The notes beneath the pieces were generated by a model. That model was not told the origin of the DNA, made no database searches, and saw nothing but the letters and a program-made list of their open reading frames with translations. Positions 1 through 9,054 of a stretch of 64,000 nucleotides of DNA are shown piece after piece. The DNA comes from Coriobacteriaceae bacterium (GTDB lineage: Bacteria > Bacillota_I > Bacilli_A > RFN20 > CAG-826), in the NCBI GenBank assembly GCA_963612925.1, contig CAVDXG010000004.1, forward strand, positions 1,084 through 65,083, given 5' to 3'. Position 1 is the stretch's first letter; each line of letters opens with the position of its first letter. Position numbers and translations under genes: made by a program.

Positions 1-300
1 CCAACTGATGTTGACGCCATCCGTTACTTTAACGAAAATGGTGTTTTATTTGCTCCTGGTAAAGCCAGCAATGCCGGAGGCGTGGCTGTCTCAGGCTTAG
101 AGATGAGCCAAAATGCTATTCATTTATGCTGGTCTTTTGAAGAAGTTGATGCCAAACTTAAAGACATCATGAAAAACATCTTCAAGAAATGTCATGAGAC
201 AGCAGTTAAATATGGTCAACCTAATAATCTAGCGTTAGGAGCTAATATTGCTGGATTTAATAAAGTATTAGAAGCAATGCTTGCTCAAGGTGTGTGTTAA
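1..300 (+). CDS. gdhA: Glutamate dehydrogenase, C-terminal fragment (5' end lies outside the window)
   Basis: Frame 1 is open from base 1. The translation ...KASNAGGVAVSGLEMSQNA...GANIAGFNKVLEAMLAQGVC* matches the conserved GdhA C-terminus. TAA at 298-300. Confidence 0.9.
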   Translation, partial: PTDVDAIRYFNENGVLFAPGKASNAGGVAVSGLEMSQNAIHLCWSFEEVDAKLKDIMKNIFKKCHETAVKYGQPNNLALGANIAGFNKVLEAMLAQGVC

Positions 301-1517
301 TGTCTTTTACTGTTGTTAAAGCTCCTCATATCCTTCTTCCTAAAAAAGGAACTGATTTAAACGCATATGCAACTATTGCCTGCGACCAGTTTACTTCTAA
401 TCTAGATTATTGGAATGGTGTTAAAGAGTTAACCAAAGATAAATTATCAACTTACCACATGATTTTCCCAGAAGCTTATTTAGGAAAAGTCGATGAGAAG
501 AAATATATTGATAATATCAATAAAAACATTGAGAAAAATCTTTTAGATGGCTCTTTAGAGGATATCGGAGAATGCTTTATTCTTGTCGATAGAAGCACCT
601 CAGTTGTACCTCATCGACTAGGACTTATCATCGCTGTTGATTTAGAAGAATATTCTTATCAAAAAGGTGTGAAGTCTTTGATTAGAGCAAGTGAAGCGAC
701 CATTGTTGAACGCATTCCTCCTCGACTTAAAATTCGAGAAAATGCGGCGGTGGAATTCCCACACATTCTCTTCTTATTTGATGATAAGGATAAACAGATT
801 ATCGAAAAGCTATATGAAAATAAGGACAAACTTCCAAAAGTTTATGATTTTGAGCTCAATAATGCTGGGGGACACATTATTGGCTATAAGGTCGATAACA
901 CTCAAGAAGTAATTGATAAATTTAAGGCCTTATTAAAGAAAAATAACAACGGTTTATTATTTATCGTCGGCGATGGAAATCATTCGCTCGCGACGGCAAA
1001 GGCTCATTGGGATAAGACTAAAGAGAATCTTTCTAGTGAAGAAAGAAAATCTCACCCTGCTAGATTTGCGCTTGTTGAAGCGCTTAACATCTATGACAGG
1101 GGTCTTATCTTTGAGCCGATTCATCGAATTATTTTTAATGCCGAGAATGACTTTATACCTGGCTTAAAGGCTAGACTTAATGGCGAGGCTACAAGTTATC
1201 TATATTCAAAAGAAGGTGGAAAAACGCCTTTGAAGATGATGAAAAATGCCCCGATGTGCTATAAGATTGTGCAAGATTATATCGATGAATATTTAGCTAG
1301 TCATAAAAATAGTTCAGTTGACTATATTCACGATGAAGATGAACTTATCAATGTAGCCAACAAGAATGAACATTCTTTGGCCATTGTGATGCCATCACTT
1401 AGCAAAGAAGATGTCTTTGACTACATCGCTAAAGATGAAGTCTTGCCTAGGAAAACATTTTCCATGGGGCACGCTAGTGAAAAGCGATATTATCTAGAAG
1501 GTAAAAAAATAAAATAA
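300..1517 (+). CDS. DUF1015 family protein of unknown function
   Basis: About 405-aa ORF with the DUF1015-like core FIVGDGNHSLATAKAHW. ATG at 300 overlaps the gdhA stop (TAATG) and sits 7 nt after AAGGTG. The GTG at 294 in the ORF track has no spacing to the SD. Confidence 0.8.
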   Translation: MSFTVVKAPHILLPKKGTDLNAYATIACDQFTSNLDYWNGVKELTKDKLSTYHMIFPEAYLGKVDEKKYIDNINKNIEKNLLDGSLEDIGECFILVDRSTSVVPHRLGLIIAVDLEEYSYQKGVKSLIRASEATIVERIPPRLKIRENAAVEFPHILFLFDDKDKQIIEKLYENKDKLPKVYDFELNNAGGHIIGYKVDNTQEVIDKFKALLKKNNNGLLFIVGDGNHSLATAKAHWDKTKENLSSEERKSHPARFALVEALNIYDRGLIFEPIHRIIFNAENDFIPGLKARLNGEATSYLYSKEGGKTPLKMMKNAPMCYKIVQDYIDEYLASHKNSSVDYIHDEDELINVANKNEHSLAIVMPSLSKEDVFDYIAKDEVLPRKTFSMGHASEKRYYLEGKKIK

Positions 1518-1541
1518 ATACATAGAAAGGAACTTTTAAAA

Positions 1542-2630
1542 ATGAAAGGAAATCGTATTTACAATTTCTCGGCTGGTCCAGCTATGCTTCCTGAAGAAGT
1601 GCTGGAGACTGCAGCAAATGAAATGCTTGATTATAAAGGATCAGGCATGTCAGTGATGGAGATGAGCCATCGTTCAAAAGTTTATCAAGCCATCATCGAT
1701 GAAGCAGAAAAGGATTTGCGTGAACTTATTGGCATTCCTGATAACTACAAGGTTTTATTCCTTCAAGGAGGAGCGACTTTGCAGTTCGCTTTAATTCCTC
1801 TTAATTTCATGGTGAACGGAAAAGCTGATTATATCAACACCGGCGTCTGGACTAAAAAAGCGATTAAAGATGCGAAACTTTTTGGTGAAGTCAATGTAAT
1901 CGCTACAGGTGAAGGAGATAATTTTAAAACTATTCCGGATGTTAAAAATTTAAAAGTTGATAAAGATGCAGATTATGTTTATATGTGCGATAACAACACT
2001 ATCTACGGTTCTAAGTTTAAAGAATATCCTGATACTGGTGATGTGCCTCTTATCTGCGATATGTCTAGTTGCTTCTTATCAGAGCCAATTGATATTAAAA
2101 AGTTTGGCTTAGTTTATGCTGGGGCCCAGAAAAATGTCGGTCCAGCTGGCGTAACTATTCTTATTATTCGCGATGATTTATTAGCAAGGACTCCTCGTCA
2201 TCCTCTTCCAGCTTATTTTGATTATCGTCTACATGCTGAAAATGGTTCGATGTATAACACTCCTCCAACATATGGCATTTATATTTGCGGTCTTGTCTTT
2301 AAGTGGCTACTTAAAAATGGCGGCTTAAAAGCTAGAGAAAAAGCTAATAAAGAAAAAGCGGAAATTCTCTATAACTATTTAGATCGAAGTAAATTATTTA
2401 CTCCTTATGTCAATAAGAACAATCGTTCAATCATGAATGTGACATTTAGAACTAGTAGCGATGAACTCGATGCTGAATTCTTAGAAGGAGCGAAAAAATA
2501 TCGCTTCACCAATTTAAAAGGTCACCGTTCTACCGGCGGACTAAGGGCCTCGATTTATAACGCCATGCCAAAAGAAGGCGTTGAAGCCCTTGTTAAATAC
2601 ATGAAGGAATTTGAGGAGGCTCATAAATGA
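1542..2630 (+). CDS. serC: Phosphoserine aminotransferase
   Basis: 362 aa. The N-terminus IYNFSAGPAMLPEEVLE and overall length are typical of SerC. Its TGA stop overlaps the serA ATG. Confidence 0.95.
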   Translation: MKGNRIYNFSAGPAMLPEEVLETAANEMLDYKGSGMSVMEMSHRSKVYQAIIDEAEKDLRELIGIPDNYKVLFLQGGATLQFALIPLNFMVNGKADYINTGVWTKKAIKDAKLFGEVNVIATGEGDNFKTIPDVKNLKVDKDADYVYMCDNNTIYGSKFKEYPDTGDVPLICDMSSCFLSEPIDIKKFGLVYAGAQKNVGPAGVTILIIRDDLLARTPRHPLPAYFDYRLHAENGSMYNTPPTYGIYICGLVFKWLLKNGGLKAREKANKEKAEILYNYLDRSKLFTPYVNKNNRSIMNVTFRTSSDELDAEFLEGAKKYRFTNLKGHRSTGGLRASIYNAMPKEGVEALVKYMKEFEEAHK

Positions 2631-3772
2631 ATTACAAAGTTCATTGCTTAAATAAGATTTCTCCAGTCGGTTTAAAAGCTCTACCTTCTAATTATTCTTT
2701 TACTGATGATGTTAATGAGGCTGAGGCAGTTTTAGTTCGCTCATTCAATATGCTTGAAATGGACTTGCCTGAAAAATTAATGGTTGTCGCTCGGGCTGGC
2801 GCGGGAGTTAATAACATTCCTTTAGAGAAATGTGCCGAACGAGGTGTTGTTGTTTTTAACACTCCTGGAGCCAACGCGAATGCGGTTAAAGAATTAACTA
2901 TCGCAATGTTACTTTTAGCTTGTCGCGACATCAAAGGCTCCATGAAATGGGTTGAAGATAATAAAGGCGATGAGCTCATCAATAAATCGATGGAAAAAGC
3001 TAAAAGCGCCTTCGCCGGAAGTGAAATTCTTGGCAAAACCTTAGGAATTATTGGTTTAGGTGCGATTGGTGCTTTGGTATCTCAAGCCGCCGGAGCGCTT
3101 GGAATGCACATTGTTGCAGTCGAGCCAAGCGAGGCCACAATTAATAGAAATAAACACTTACTTCCTAGCGATATTGAGTTAGTCGATTACGATACTTTAT
3201 ATGCTAAATCTGATTTCATAACTGTTCATGTTCCTCTTCTTGATTCCACTCGCGGAATGCTTAACAAAGAGGCCTTCGCTAAAATGAAAGATGGTGTTGT
3301 TATCATTAATGCTGCTCGCGATGCTTTAGTAAATGATGATGATATATCGCTGGCTTTAAAAGAAGGAAAAGTTCGAAAATATGTCACTGATTTCCCAAAT
3401 CATAAGACTGCGAATATGGAAGGCGTCATCGCTATTTCACATTTAGGTGCTTCAACTGAAGAGGCTGAAGATAACTGCGCTTTCATGGCTAGTGAAGAAC
3501 TTGTTAACTATCTGGAAAATGGCAACATTATCAATTCAGTAAACTTCCCTAGATTAGATTTAGGAAAACGCGATGGAATAAGACTTCTTGTTCTTTATAA
3601 AGCCGATAAAGAAGGCGAAATTAAAAGAATTATTGATGACAATGTCGTTGTTAAAGCCTTTGTATCAGGCAGTAAAGGTGGTTTTGGCGCCACATTATTT
3701 GAACTTGAAAAAGCAATTGATGTAGGATTAATTAAACCATATTGCTTAAAAGCTCGCTTATTAATGGATTAA
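2627..3772 (+). CDS. serA: D-3-phosphoglycerate dehydrogenase (2-hydroxyacid dehydrogenase family)
   Basis: 381 aa with the NAD-binding motif GIIGLGAIG and a C-terminal regulatory-like extension. ATGA overlap with serC. Confidence 0.9.
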   Translation: MNYKVHCLNKISPVGLKALPSNYSFTDDVNEAEAVLVRSFNMLEMDLPEKLMVVARAGAGVNNIPLEKCAERGVVVFNTPGANANAVKELTIAMLLLACRDIKGSMKWVEDNKGDELINKSMEKAKSAFAGSEILGKTLGIIGLGAIGALVSQAAGALGMHIVAVEPSEATINRNKHLLPSDIELVDYDTLYAKSDFITVHVPLLDSTRGMLNKEAFAKMKDGVVIINAARDALVNDDDISLALKEGKVRKYVTDFPNHKTANMEGVIAISHLGASTEEAEDNCAFMASEELVNYLENGNIINSVNFPRLDLGKRDGIRLLVLYKADKEGEIKRIIDDNVVVKAFVSGSKGGFGATLFELEKAIDVGLIKPYCLKARLLMD

Positions 3773-3785
3773 AGTCCTTCCTTGG

Positions 3786-3821
3786 GAGCTTCATAGGATT
3801 TACTCTTATGGAGCTCTTTTT
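3786..3821 (+). terminator. Rho-independent terminator after serA, shared hairpin between convergent serA and arcC
   Basis: A 13-bp stem (GAGCTTCATAGGA / TCTTATGGAGCTC, two G-U pairs) and 5-nt loop, followed by TTTTT. Confidence 0.75.
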
Positions 3822-3825
3822 AAAT

Positions 3826-4740
3826 TTAGCGAATTATTGTGCCTTCTTTTAATTCAAAGGCTAGATTTGCCTTCTCTAAAGAAGAAATGACCGCGACTTT
3901 ATTCTGGCTACTTTCTAAAAATTTAACGCAAGCGTTAACTTTTGGATACATGCTACCTTTGGCAAAATAGTCAGTATTAAGATAGTCTTTCATCTCGCTT
4001 AAAGTTACATTTGTTAATTTCTTTTGTGTTGGTTTATTAAAATCGATGTAGACATTACTAACGGCAGTAAGAATCATTAAGACATCGGCGTTTACAAGTT
4101 CTGCTACTTTCGCAGATGCATAATCTTTATCGATGACCGCGGCCACGCCGAGAAGTTTATTATCTTCTAAAATAACGGGAATTCCGCCTCCGCCGGCGCA
4201 GATGACGATATCACCTTTTTCAACTAAGGTTTTGATGCTTTCTTTTTCGATGACATCGATTGGAAGAGGACTTGCTACTACTCGGCGATAGCCTCTACCA
4301 GCATCTTCTTTCATCGTATAACCTTTTTCTTTGGCGATTTTTTCGGCTTCTTCTTTGCTATAGAAGGAACCAATTGGCTTAGTTGGATTTTTAAATAATG
4401 GATCATCTTTATCGACTAATACTTGGCTAACAAGTGTGACGACATTTCTTTTCAAGCCTTCTTCTTTCAAGGCGTTATCAATGGCGTTTTGAATGTGGTA
4501 GCCAATATAACCTTCGCTCATCGCTCCGCATTCCGGAAATGGCATATCTGGAGATGAAGTAGATTCTGTAAAAGCTAGATTAATCATTCCTACTTGTGGT
4601 CCATTTCCATGGACGATGATGACTTCGTGACCTAATTTGATGAGGTGGACAATGGATTTAGCTACACCAATTAACAATTCTTTTTGTTCGATAGGATTTT
4701 TTCCTAAGGCGTTCCCGCCTAGTGAAACAACATAACGCAT
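3826..4740 (-). CDS. arcC: Carbamate kinase
   Basis: 304 aa. The N-terminus MRYVVSLGGNALG, plus HGNGPQVG and the GGGGIPV motif, are diagnostic of carbamate kinase. Confidence 0.95.
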   Translation of the reverse strand: MRYVVSLGGNALGKNPIEQKELLIGVAKSIVHLIKLGHEVIIVHGNGPQVGMINLAFTESTSSPDMPFPECGAMSEGYIGYHIQNAIDNALKEEGLKRNVVTLVSQVLVDKDDPLFKNPTKPIGSFYSKEEAEKIAKEKGYTMKEDAGRGYRRVVASPLPIDVIEKESIKTLVEKGDIVICAGGGGIPVILEDNKLLGVAAVIDKDYASAKVAELVNADVLMILTAVSNVYIDFNKPTQKKLTNVTLSEMKDYLNTDYFAKGSMYPKVNACVKFLESSQNKVAVISSLEKANLAFELKEGTIIR

Positions 4741-4892
4741 ATAAGTATTGCTCCTTTAAAATTATTTATATTATAGCCAATATTGTCTCTTATTTTTTAA
4801 TTTCCTTGGCAAAGCTTGGTTTTTTAAAAGCAAAATATTGTTTTTCTATTTAAAGCGTTTTCAAAATTCAAGGTTAATTTTAGCGCGTACAC

Positions 4893-4921
4893 TTGCATGC
4901 ATGTAAGCGGTTTAGTAAAAT
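4893..4921 (+). promoter_or_regulatory. Predicted sigma-A promoter of the 15-gene operon (TTGCAT, 17 nt, TAAAAT), overlapped by a 16-bp near-palindrome
   Basis: -35 TTGCAT at 4893-4898 and -10 TAAAAT at 4916-4921. Palindrome CTTGCATG/CATGTAAG at 4892-4907. Confidence 0.45.
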
Positions 4922-4941
4922 AATTCAGTAGAGTTTAATTG

Positions 4942-5493
4942 ATGATTACAGGCATTATTCTAGCTGGTGGAAAATCGACGCGTTTCGGGGTAAATAAATT
5001 ACTTCTCACCGTTTTTGATTTACCTTTAATCAAGCAAACTATTAAAAGCGTGGAAAACATTGTCGATAAAATTGTGATTGTCACTGGTAGATATCATGAC
5101 GATTTATCCGAAGCCTTAAAAGGTTATGATGTTGCCTATAATCTAGACTATGAAAAAGGAATGTTTTCATCAGTGCTAACTGGTGTAAGAAAAGCTGAAG
5201 GAGATTTTCTCATCCTTCCTGGAGATTGCCCTTTTGTTAAAGCTGATACTTTTAAGAAAATATTGGATTCATCGGGATTAATACGCGTTCCAACCTACAA
5301 TGGAAAGCATGGTCATCCCCTCTATTTTGATAAATCGCTAAAAGAGGAATTATTGAAAGAAGACATTTCTTCATCCTTAAAAGCTTTTCGCGATAGAGTT
5401 GGTTTTACTGAAGTCGATGTCGATGATAAAAATGTCTTAAATGATATTGATACAATTGAAGATTATCTAGATTTACTACAAGCGAGGAAATGA
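4942..5493 (+). CDS. mocA: MobA-like NTP transferase; molybdenum cofactor cytidylyltransferase (MocA/YgfJ-like)
   Basis: The N-terminus ITGIILAGGKSTRFG and the LPGDCPF motif fit this family, as does the position next to Mo-hydroxylase genes. An alternative TTG start lies at 4939. Confidence 0.85.
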   Translation: MITGIILAGGKSTRFGVNKLLLTVFDLPLIKQTIKSVENIVDKIVIVTGRYHDDLSEALKGYDVAYNLDYEKGMFSSVLTGVRKAEGDFLILPGDCPFVKADTFKKILDSSGLIRVPTYNGKHGHPLYFDKSLKEELLKEDISSSLKAFRDRVGFTEVDVDDKNVLNDIDTIEDYLDLLQARK

Positions 5494-6281
5494 AGATGAA
5501 AGTTAAAAATTATGTTCGCGTAAAAAGCTTAGAGGAAGCTCACGCTTTATATTGCGCTAGTCCGCTTAATAAAATTTTAGGAGGTGGACTTTGGCTTAAA
5601 AAAGGTAACGCTTCCATCGATACTTTAATCGATTTATCTTTGCTCGGCTTAGATAAGATTGAAGAGGAAGATAACTATATCAAAGTGGGTGCATTAGTGA
5701 GCCAAAGACAATTTGAAACTAGTCCACTTATCAAAGAAGTTTTCACAGGTATGCTATCTGAGGCAACTTCTCAAATCATGGGGCCAGCTTTTCGAGAATG
5801 TGCCACGATCGGAGGCTCAATCATGGGAAAATTTGGTTTCTCGGATTTATTAACTGCCCTTTTAGCTACAGATGCTAGATTAGTTTTCTATCCATATAAA
5901 GAAATTTCGTTAGAAGAATTTCTAAATTCAGCTGCGATGAATAAAGATATTCTCACTCATGTTTTAATTCGTAAATGTCATCGCCGTTCTTATTTTAAGA
6001 AAGTGTGTTTGACTGCTTTAGATTATCCGATTGTGAATGTTGCGATCACTCATTGCATTCGCCATGACCAATATAGTATCGCTGTTGGCTCAAGAGCAGG
6101 CGTAGCCACTCTAGCTAAAGATGTGATGGATTTAGTTAATAATGGCGAAAAAGATTTTGCTAAAGCAAGTGAAGAAGTTAGTAAGCTTAAATTCACCGAT
6201 AACTTATCTGCGAAAGCGGATTATCGAGAACATTTAGCAAAAATATATGTTCGCCGCGGACTTGAGGAGGTAAATAAATAA
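5490..6281 (+). CDS. Mo-hydroxylase FAD-binding subunit (CoxM/YgfM-like), set 1
   Basis: 263 aa with a CO-dehydrogenase-flavoprotein-type FAD-binding domain (ILGGGLWL, ATIGGSI). ATGA overlap with mocA. Confidence 0.85.
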   Translation: MKMKVKNYVRVKSLEEAHALYCASPLNKILGGGLWLKKGNASIDTLIDLSLLGLDKIEEEDNYIKVGALVSQRQFETSPLIKEVFTGMLSEATSQIMGPAFRECATIGGSIMGKFGFSDLLTALLATDARLVFYPYKEISLEEFLNSAAMNKDILTHVLIRKCHRRSYFKKVCLTALDYPIVNVAITHCIRHDQYSIAVGSRAGVATLAKDVMDLVNNGEKDFAKASEEVSKLKFTDNLSAKADYREHLAKIYVRRGLEEVNK

Positions 6282-6736
6282 TGTTATTGAATTTTAAATT
6301 AAATGGTTTAGATAGAGCTGTGGATGTTAAACCTAATGAATACCTTCTTGATACTCTTAAGAGAATCGGCATTGAATCGCTTAAAAAAGGATGCGATGGC
6401 TCTTCCTGCGGAGCATGCACTATTTTAGTTAATGGTAAGCCTGCCTTATCTTGTTCGATTCTATCTTTACAAGTGGAAGGAAAAGAGGTTACCACCGTTG
6501 AGGGCATTCAAGAAGAAGCGAGCAAAATCGCTGAATGCTTTGCTTTAGAAGGCGCCGATCAATGCGGTTATTGTAATGCTTCTTTTGCTTTAACAATTTT
6601 CGCTTTATCAAAAGAGCTAAATAATCCAACTGATTTAGAAATTAAAAAATATTTAGTAGGCAATATTTGTCGATGCACTGGCTATTATGCTCAACTTAAA
6701 GCTGTTAAAAGATATTTAGGGGGTCTAAATAAATGA
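6281..6736 (+). CDS. Mo-hydroxylase [2Fe-2S] subunit, set 1
   Basis: 151 aa with the cysteine clusters CDGSSCGACTILV and QCGYC...CRCTGY, typical of the XDH-family small subunit. Confidence 0.9.
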   Translation: MLLNFKLNGLDRAVDVKPNEYLLDTLKRIGIESLKKGCDGSSCGACTILVNGKPALSCSILSLQVEGKEVTTVEGIQEEASKIAECFALEGADQCGYCNASFALTIFALSKELNNPTDLEIKKYLVGNICRCTGYYAQLKAVKRYLGGLNK

Positions 6737-9054
6737 AAAAGAAATTCAAAGTAGTCAACAATTTAACCCCTTCTCTAGATGGAAAAGGCCTTATGATGGG
6801 TCGGCCATTTTATACCGATGATTTAGCAGAGAAAAACTCACTTATCATCAAGATTTTAAGAAGCCCACATGCTTTTGCTCACATCAAAAATATAGATACG
6901 ACTGAAGCTGAAAAACTCCCAGGTGTAGAATGCGTTTTAACTCATAAAAATGTCCCACATGTATCCTATTCTCGGGCTGGACAAGGTTATCCTGAACCTT
7001 CTCCTCATGATAAATTCATCTTTGATGAATATGTCCGTTATGTTGGCGATGAAGTCGCCGCGGTGGCCGCAATAAATGAAGAAATAGCTTTAGAAGCTTT
7101 AAAACTCATCAAGGTTGAATATGAAATCTTAGAGCCAGTTTTAGATTTTGAAAAAGCTTATAAGAATAAATCTGTTATTCATCCTGAGGACGGCATAAAT
7201 GAGATGTTCCCAATTGGCTTTGATCCTAAAAACAATGTGGCGGCCTCTTATGAAATGCATGTCGGCGATGTCGATAAAGAATTTGAAAAATGTGATTATG
7301 TCGTTGAAGAAGTTTTCTATTCACAAGCCCAAGCCCACGCCATGCTCGAGCCTCATGCATGTAACGCTAGACTTGATGTCAGAAATCGCTTAGTGATTTA
7401 TTCAACTACTCAAACGCCATTCCATATGCGTCGAATCATGGCTAAAACTTTAGGCTTACCAATTGAAATGATTCGCTTTATTAAACCGCGTGTCGGCGGT
7501 GGCTTTGGAGGAAAACAAGCTTTCCATGGCGAAATGTTTGCAGCATTAGTAACTTTAAGAACGAAAAAACCTTCCAAGTGCGTCTACACTCGTGAAGAAG
7601 TATTTGGCTCAACTTATACTCGCCACCCGATGAGAATCACCATGAAAATCGGGGCTACAAAAGATGGCAAAATTCAAGTTATCGATTGCCATTCTTTAAG
7701 CGATACTGGAGCTTATGGTGAACATTCCTTAACTGTTTTTATGATTGTTGGTAGTAAAGTACTACCTTTATATAACAAAGTTAAAGCTGTTCGTTATGGC
7801 GGACTGGTAGTTTATACAAACCATGTTTCCGCTGGGGCATTTAGAGGCTATGGAGCGATTCAAGGAAATTTTGCATTAGAGTCAACGATTGATATTCTAG
7901 CTGAAAAGATGGGCGTTGACCCAGTGAAGCTAAGAGAAGATAATTCGATGAAAGAAAAAGAAACTTCCCCAATTTTTGAAATCATGGGTGAAGGAACTAA
8001 AGGCACTCCGATGATTATGGAAAGTTGCAAGCTCCCATATTGCATTAAGCGCGGAAAAGATCTCATCAATTGGGATGAGAAATATCCTTGTAAGCAAGTC
8101 GGACCTCACACAATTAGATCTGTTGGTATGGCGATTGCTATGCAAGGAAGTGGCATTCCATTCCTTGATATGGGAAGTTGCTCAATTAAATTAAATGATG
8201 GTGGCTCATTCATGGTCACTGTTGGAGCGACTGATATCGGGCAAGGAAGCGACACCGCCATTGCTCAAATTGTGGCGGAAGAGTTACAAACTAGCATCGA
8301 TAAAGTGCTTGTTTATTCTTCCGATACCGACTTAACACCTTATGACTGCGGAGCCTATGCTTCATCTACTACTTATGTAAGTGGAAATGCCGCATATAAA
8401 GCAGCCTGCAAGATGAAAGAACGCCTATTAGAAGAAGCTGCTTCTTTCTTAGAAGTTAAGGTCGATACAGTTAAATTTGATGGTAAAGAATTCACTTCTG
8501 GCGATAAGAAAGTTAGTCTTGATGAATTGTCCACTCGTCGACTTTATAACACTGACACTCATCAAATAGCGGTAGTCGAAAGCTATCACGGAAAAGTTTC
8601 TCCACCTCCTTTTATGGCGGGCTTTGCTGAAATTGAAATCGACACCGAAACATATGAATATAAAGTTTTAAATTATGTAAGCGTTGTCGACTGTGGAACC
8701 ACGATTAACCCGGGACTTGCTAAAGGACAAGTGGAAGGTGGAATTATCCAAGGTTTAGGCATGGCCTCTTATGAAGAAGTTAAATATTCGCCTAAAGGAA
8801 AATTGTTATCAAATACATTTGACACATATCACGTTCCAACTTGTATGGAAGTGAATAAATTGACGACTGAATTTGCTGATTCTTATGAAATAAGCGGTCC
8901 GTTTGGAGCAAAATCGGTTGGTGAGATTGGAATTGATACTCCTCCAGCCGTCATTGATAACGCCATTTATAATGCACTTGGAGTAAGACTACATTCATTA
9001 CCGATTACTCCTGAAAAGATTTTTGAGGCAATGAAAGAAAAGAATTCGAAATGA
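6733..9054 (+). CDS. Mo-hydroxylase molybdopterin-binding large subunit, set 1 (XdhD/aldehyde-oxidoreductase-like)
   Basis: 773 aa with motifs GGGFGGKQ, FRGYGAIQ and a C-terminal AKSVGEIG (catalytic Glu). Confidence 0.9.
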   Translation: MKKKFKVVNNLTPSLDGKGLMMGRPFYTDDLAEKNSLIIKILRSPHAFAHIKNIDTTEAEKLPGVECVLTHKNVPHVSYSRAGQGYPEPSPHDKFIFDEYVRYVGDEVAAVAAINEEIALEALKLIKVEYEILEPVLDFEKAYKNKSVIHPEDGINEMFPIGFDPKNNVAASYEMHVGDVDKEFEKCDYVVEEVFYSQAQAHAMLEPHACNARLDVRNRLVIYSTTQTPFHMRRIMAKTLGLPIEMIRFIKPRVGGGFGGKQAFHGEMFAALVTLRTKKPSKCVYTREEVFGSTYTRHPMRITMKIGATKDGKIQVIDCHSLSDTGAYGEHSLTVFMIVGSKVLPLYNKVKAVRYGGLVVYTNHVSAGAFRGYGAIQGNFALESTIDILAEKMGVDPVKLREDNSMKEKETSPIFEIMGEGTKGTPMIMESCKLPYCIKRGKDLINWDEKYPCKQVGPHTIRSVGMAIAMQGSGIPFLDMGSCSIKLNDGGSFMVTVGATDIGQGSDTAIAQIVAEELQTSIDKVLVYSSDTDLTPYDCGAYASSTTYVSGNAAYKAACKMKERLLEEAASFLEVKVDTVKFDGKEFTSGDKKVSLDELSTRRLYNTDTHQIAVVESYHGKVSPPPFMAGFAEIEIDTETYEYKVLNYVSVVDCGTTINPGLAKGQVEGGIIQGLGMASYEEVKYSPKGKLLSNTFDTYHVPTCMEVNKLTTEFADSYEISGPFGAKSVGEIGIDTPPAVIDNAIYNALGVRLHSLPITPEKIFEAMKEKNSK

